30,446 nucleotides of DNA, taken from positions 1 to 30,446 of the forward strand of contig BTVY01000060.1 of assembly GCA_045863335.1 (NCBI GenBank), in the 5' to 3' direction. Both the position numbers and the translations under genes were made by a program. The notes below the pieces were generated by a model. It saw only the letters and a program-made list of their open reading frames with translations. It was not told the origin of the DNA and did no database searches. This document shows, piece after piece, positions 27,188 to 30,446 of this stretch. Positions within the stretch are counted from its first letter, which is position 1. Every line of letters begins with the position of its first letter. Origin of the DNA: Candidatus Hydrogenedentota bacterium. GTDB lineage: Bacteria > Hydrogenedentota > Hydrogenedentia > Hydrogenedentales > SLHB01.

Positions 27188-27937
27188 GTGCAATACCTTC
27201 GCGAAGCCGCACAGGACGTGCAGCGTAATCTTTCGGCCTTTGTGTTCTATGCCGCAGTATTCAGCGTAGCCCATATTGCGCTTACGCTCGGGATCGCCCC
27301 ATTCGAACCCGCGCAAGACGAGACGGCAACCAGGACCTTTCAAATACTCGATATTGTTGCGTTCCTGGCGTTCATTCACGTGGCCGCCTACGGACAAACG
27401 GTCGCCTTTTCCCGCCTGGGCCGGGAGATCGACAAACCACTGTGGAAAGTCCGCACCGACGGCGATGCGCTCAAACGGTTCTTCATGATGTGGGCCTTGA
27501 TGAATCTGACCGCGAACGGTCTGCTCCGCCTGTCGTCCAGCGACTTCGGAAGCGGCGACGCGGTGGCCATCAACGTCATGCTGTTGTTCGCGGGGTTAGC
27601 CGCGTTCGTCGCCTGCGTGCCGGTGGGCGCATGCATCATGTTTACGGGGCAGGTCAGTTCACGCATCATCGGCGAGAGCCTCGCGCCGTTGTCCCGGCAC
27701 CCCGCCCGCACCGGGACAATACTCCTCATCATGCTGGCCGAAGTGCTGGCGGTATTCTTCTTCCTCTCGCTGCTGGCCGGAGAAGAAGGCGCGATGCCAT
27801 CGCTGCCGGCCCGGTTGGGTGTCGGCCTGGCCTCCGGCCTCGTACAGGTCTACCTGGAGTGCCTCGCCCTCGCCGCAACCTGGCACCTCTGCATGATAGA
27901 CCGTGAAACCGTGGACGAGATCGACCTTGACTTCTAG
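27188..27937 (+). CDS. Hypothetical polytopic membrane protein (about 6 TM)
   Basis: Alternating hydrophobic helices and an acidic C-terminus. Starts 6 bp after the PilZ gene. Confidence 0.7.
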   Translation: MQYLREAAQDVQRNLSAFVFYAAVFSVAHIALTLGIAPFEPAQDETATRTFQILDIVAFLAFIHVAAYGQTVAFSRLGREIDKPLWKVRTDGDALKRFFMMWALMNLTANGLLRLSSSDFGSGDAVAINVMLLFAGLAAFVACVPVGACIMFTGQVSSRIIGESLAPLSRHPARTGTILLIMLAEVLAVFFFLSLLAGEEGAMPSLPARLGVGLASGLVQVYLECLALAATWHLCMIDRETVDEIDLDF

Positions 27938-28472
27938 AACGAAAAAGGTGTTGTTCTTCTCCGCATTTGGAAGCATCATCCTCTTCTTTAGCGGCGTTAT
28001 GAGCCTGTGGATTATATCTGTTGCGACACCCGAAGATTCCCCGCGCGCCCGTATGTTCCGGACGGAAGCCGACCTGCGGGCACTGAAGACCGCCGTCGAG
28101 ACCTATGAGATGGACAACGGTATCTACCCTCCGCCAGGACCGGAGGGGCTCGCCAAAGCCATGGCATACCTCTCGCGAAATGTTGAATACCATGCCGGAG
28201 GCGCGCCTCTGGATGGGTGGGCACAGCCGTTTCAGTATGTTCCTGCCTATGCCTACGAGGAAGAGGATTCTCAGGCTTTGCGCAGTGACGACGGGTTCTA
28301 TGCTCCCGATACCTACCAGCTCTACTCGCCCGGGATGGACGGCAACCCCGGGTTTGAAGAAACCCTCAAACAGCGCGACAATATTGTGAGTTGGGATGAA
28401 GACCGGACTTGGCGGACGCTGTACTCGGAACGGCAACGAACCTACCTACTGAACAAAGGGCGCCGACAGTAG
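27927..28472 (+). CDS. GspG-like (type II secretion major pseudopilin domain) protein lacking a prepilin cleavage motif
   Basis: 'TEADLRALKTAVETYEMDNGIYPP...GL', 'DGWAQPFQY' and 'YQLYSPGMDG' match the GspG globular domain. Start uncertain (GTG 27903, TTG 27927 or GTG 27948). Confidence 0.75.
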   Translation: MTSRTKKVLFFSAFGSIILFFSGVMSLWIISVATPEDSPRARMFRTEADLRALKTAVETYEMDNGIYPPPGPEGLAKAMAYLSRNVEYHAGGAPLDGWAQPFQYVPAYAYEEEDSQALRSDDGFYAPDTYQLYSPGMDGNPGFEETLKQRDNIVSWDEDRTWRTLYSERQRTYLLNKGRRQ

Positions 28473-28504
28473 CTGGTCGAGGGTGACCGACCATTGGTGG
28501 CGAA

Positions 28505-29797
28505 ATGCGCATCGAGATTCCTTATGGAGAAACCAACCTTCACGCCGACGCTCCGTGGCTGCGAAACGCGGGTACCCTGGACGTGGCGGATGTCCCTGCG
28601 CTGCCTGATCTTGCGGACGCCATTGCCCGCGCGATAGCGGCTCCGACTGGATTCGACTGCCATCTTTACGAGTTGTTTCGGCCTGGCGAAACCGTGGCGA
28701 TTGTCGTATCCGATTCCTTTCGCAAGACCGCGGTCGACCAAGTGCTTCCAATCCTCCTCGCTGGACTTATCCAGCGGGGCATTTCCGAATCGGACATCTG
28801 CTTCCTCTTTGCAAGCGGAACGCACCGCCCACCGACGCCGGACGAACAGTCGGAGATCCTTGGGCCCGAAGTCTACCAGCGGTTTCGCGCGCGCGCGTTC
28901 ACGCACGATCCGAACGACCGTGCCAATCTGGTCTCCGTGGGCACCACCCGACGGGGTACGCGCGTCGAAATCAACCGCACCGCATGGGAGTGCGATCGCA
29001 TCATCGCAACTGGCGCTGTGGTGATGCATTACTTCGGCGGATTCGGGGGCGGGCGCAAATCCATTGTGCCGGGCCTGGCATCGACCGAGACCATTGCCCA
29101 CAACCACGCCATGAATCTCGACCCGGTGGAGAACAGACTCAATCCCTCGGTCCGCATTGCCACGTTGGACGGCAACCCGGTTGCGGAAGACATGCTCGAA
29201 GCATCGCGATTGGTGGGCGTGGACTGCATCATCAATACCGTGTTGAACCGCGAAGGCAGGATCGCCAGTGTATTTGCGGGTGAGTTGGGTGCCGCTCATC
29301 GAGAAGCCGCGAAGTTTGCCCGCTCGATCTATTCCGTCGAAATCGGCGCCCAAGCCGACGTAGTCATCGCCGCATCGCCTCACACGCGAAACTTCGTGCA
29401 AACCCACAAGGCCCTGTACAACGCATATCAGGCCATGAACCCCGGTGGATGCATCATACTGGCCGCGCCATGCCCGGAAGGTCTGGGGGGGGATGCGTTT
29501 GTGAAGTGGTTGAACCTCGGCTCCCGAAACGCTGTCTTCGCAGGTTTGCGCGAACGAAGCGAAATCAACGGTCAGACGGCGTTGTCCACCCTGGAGAAGG
29601 CGCCGCACACCATCATGCTCACAGAACTCAGCCAATCGGAAGTGGAATTGTTGGGTGCTGCCAAGGGACGAGACCTTGAGTACGCCCTGCAACAGGCGCG
29701 ACTCCGGCTGGAATCGGTAGCGAATCCCACCGCGTACGTTATGCCCTCCGCCGCGTATACGGTCCCGTTCTTACCCTGCAACCCGGCGGCGCCGTGA
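28505..29797 (+). CDS. larA: Nickel-pincer-dependent lactate racemase (LarA) family protein
   Basis: 'IVVSD..RKT', 'ASGTHR', 'GTTRRGTRVEINR', 'HYFGGFGGGRKSIVPG', 'HNH', 'GNPVAEDM', 'QTHKAL' and 'APCPEGLG'. Substrate is not necessarily lactate. Confidence 0.88.
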   Translation: MRIEIPYGETNLHADAPWLRNAGTLDVADVPALPDLADAIARAIAAPTGFDCHLYELFRPGETVAIVVSDSFRKTAVDQVLPILLAGLIQRGISESDICFLFASGTHRPPTPDEQSEILGPEVYQRFRARAFTHDPNDRANLVSVGTTRRGTRVEINRTAWECDRIIATGAVVMHYFGGFGGGRKSIVPGLASTETIAHNHAMNLDPVENRLNPSVRIATLDGNPVAEDMLEASRLVGVDCIINTVLNREGRIASVFAGELGAAHREAAKFARSIYSVEIGAQADVVIAASPHTRNFVQTHKALYNAYQAMNPGGCIILAAPCPEGLGGDAFVKWLNLGSRNAVFAGLRERSEINGQTALSTLEKAPHTIMLTELSQSEVELLGAAKGRDLEYALQQARLRLESVANPTAYVMPSAAYTVPFLPCNPAAP

Positions 29798-29846
29798 CGC
29801 GATCGGAATGAAGATCTAGGGTAGATGGATCTCCACCGATAGAAGG

Positions 29847-30032
29847 CTAAAGCTCGGGGGCTTCGTCAGGAGGCGTTTTCGCGACGGGCCTCACGACGCG
29901 CACCTTCCAAATCGGGCCATCGTTTCGCATCGTTCCAACCCACCCGCTTTCCAGCAACTCGCGCAGGCGCGCCTCGCCGGCGGTCTCGTCCCGGAACCAG
30001 AGTGTCATCTCTTGAAAGCTTCGATTCGACAT
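29847..30032 (-). CDS. Small hypothetical protein (61 aa)
   Basis: ATG at 30032 with GAGG upstream. The sequence 'MSNRSFQEMTLWFRDETAGEARLRELLESGWVGTMRNDGPIWKVRVVRP' looks like a compact beta-alpha-beta-beta fold. Confidence 0.45.
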   Translation of the reverse strand: MSNRSFQEMTLWFRDETAGEARLRELLESGWVGTMRNDGPIWKVRVVRPVAKTPPDEAPEL

Positions 30033-30138
30033 AGTCAGGTGCCTCACTGCCCCTGCGCGAACGAACACCCTGAACGACGCATGCTTAGATTATAACTCGC
30101 ACACTCCCTCAAGGAACGACGACCAGTTCAAGAATGCA

Positions 30139-30170
30139 GGAGGCACGGCCAGAGGATTGGCCGTGCCTCC
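30139..30170. other. Strong hairpin (terminator or part of a structured RNA)
   Basis: Perfect 13-bp stem GGAGGCACGGCCA / TGGCCGTGCCTCC with loop GAGGAT. No clear U-tract on either side. Confidence 0.6.
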
Positions 30171-30239
30171 CCTCTAACCCCTTTGGGAGTACCGATCGGG
30201 GCTGAGGATTGGGTGAATCGAATCAAGCAATTCGCATAC

Positions 30240-30446
30240 CCGCTTTTGCACTTTAGTAAACCAAGTCATGCAAACCATTTGTTCAAATTACTTTACGAAA
30301 AATTCACGCACCTAAAAATCAACGTTCACGCTAATTTCCCCCATACAAATGCGGCATAATTTGTTACAGTGCGTAATGATTTGTTACGAAAATGGCTCCT
30401 CACAAGAATCTGTGCAGAAGACAAGTTGAGGAGCATGTGCTAACGC
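30240..30446 (+). promoter_or_regulatory. AT-rich regulatory region upstream of a gene starting at or beyond the window edge
   Basis: Sharp drop in GC, direct repeats TTCACGC (30303, 30325) and ATTTGTTAC (30359, 30379), and an SD-like GAGGAG at 30428-30433. Confidence 0.5.

Noticed and set aside
30265-30300. GCAAACC resembling the start of a c-di-GMP-I (GEMM) riboswitch
   Set aside because: The following GNRA-capped stem and the GACGCAAAGC-type second element are absent.
30435-30443. ATG TGC TAA mini-ORF after GAGGAG
   Set aside because: It sits at the window edge, and an alternative GTG at 30437 stays open. It cannot be judged without more sequence.

Overview
A gene-dense, GC-rich bacterial chromosomal window with about 26 credible CDSs. 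I found no rRNA, tRNA, CRISPR array, transposase or integrase. The mix of an exosortase, large secreted LamG, FG-GAP and beta-propeller proteins, and MshEN/PilZ/HDOD proteins suggests a diderm environmental lineage such as Hydrogenedentota or a PVC-like group; that placement is inference only. Housekeeping anchors are ftsY and cysS. Other genes are an exosortase H-like enzyme with its partner membrane protein, two metallophosphoesterases, an FkbM methyltransferase, a GspE/PilB ATPase, a Zn-ribbon HDOD protein, an ECF sigma / anti-sigma / Spy-like triad, a fasciclin protein, putative carbohydrate-active secreted proteins and an NDP-sugar epimerase. A further co-oriented cluster encodes an XPB-associated-domain protein, a PilZ protein, a membrane protein, a GspG-like protein and a LarA-family enzyme. 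The most unusual items are: (1) an exosortase H-like transpeptidase with an intact Cys/Arg/His triad interrupted by about 250 aa of helical, coiled-coil-like extracytoplasmic sequence; (2) a secreted fasciclin protein with two kinds of Cys-rich tandem repeats, whose upstream region shares a GGGAACTT motif with the nearby ECF sigma gene; (3) dispersed, non-canonical c-di-GMP and pilus-like parts, namely an orphan double-MshEN ATPase with a rewritten conserved motif, an HDOD protein, a membrane PilZ protein and a pseudopilin lacking a prepilin cleavage site. All family calls come from motif recognition by eye, not from database searches.
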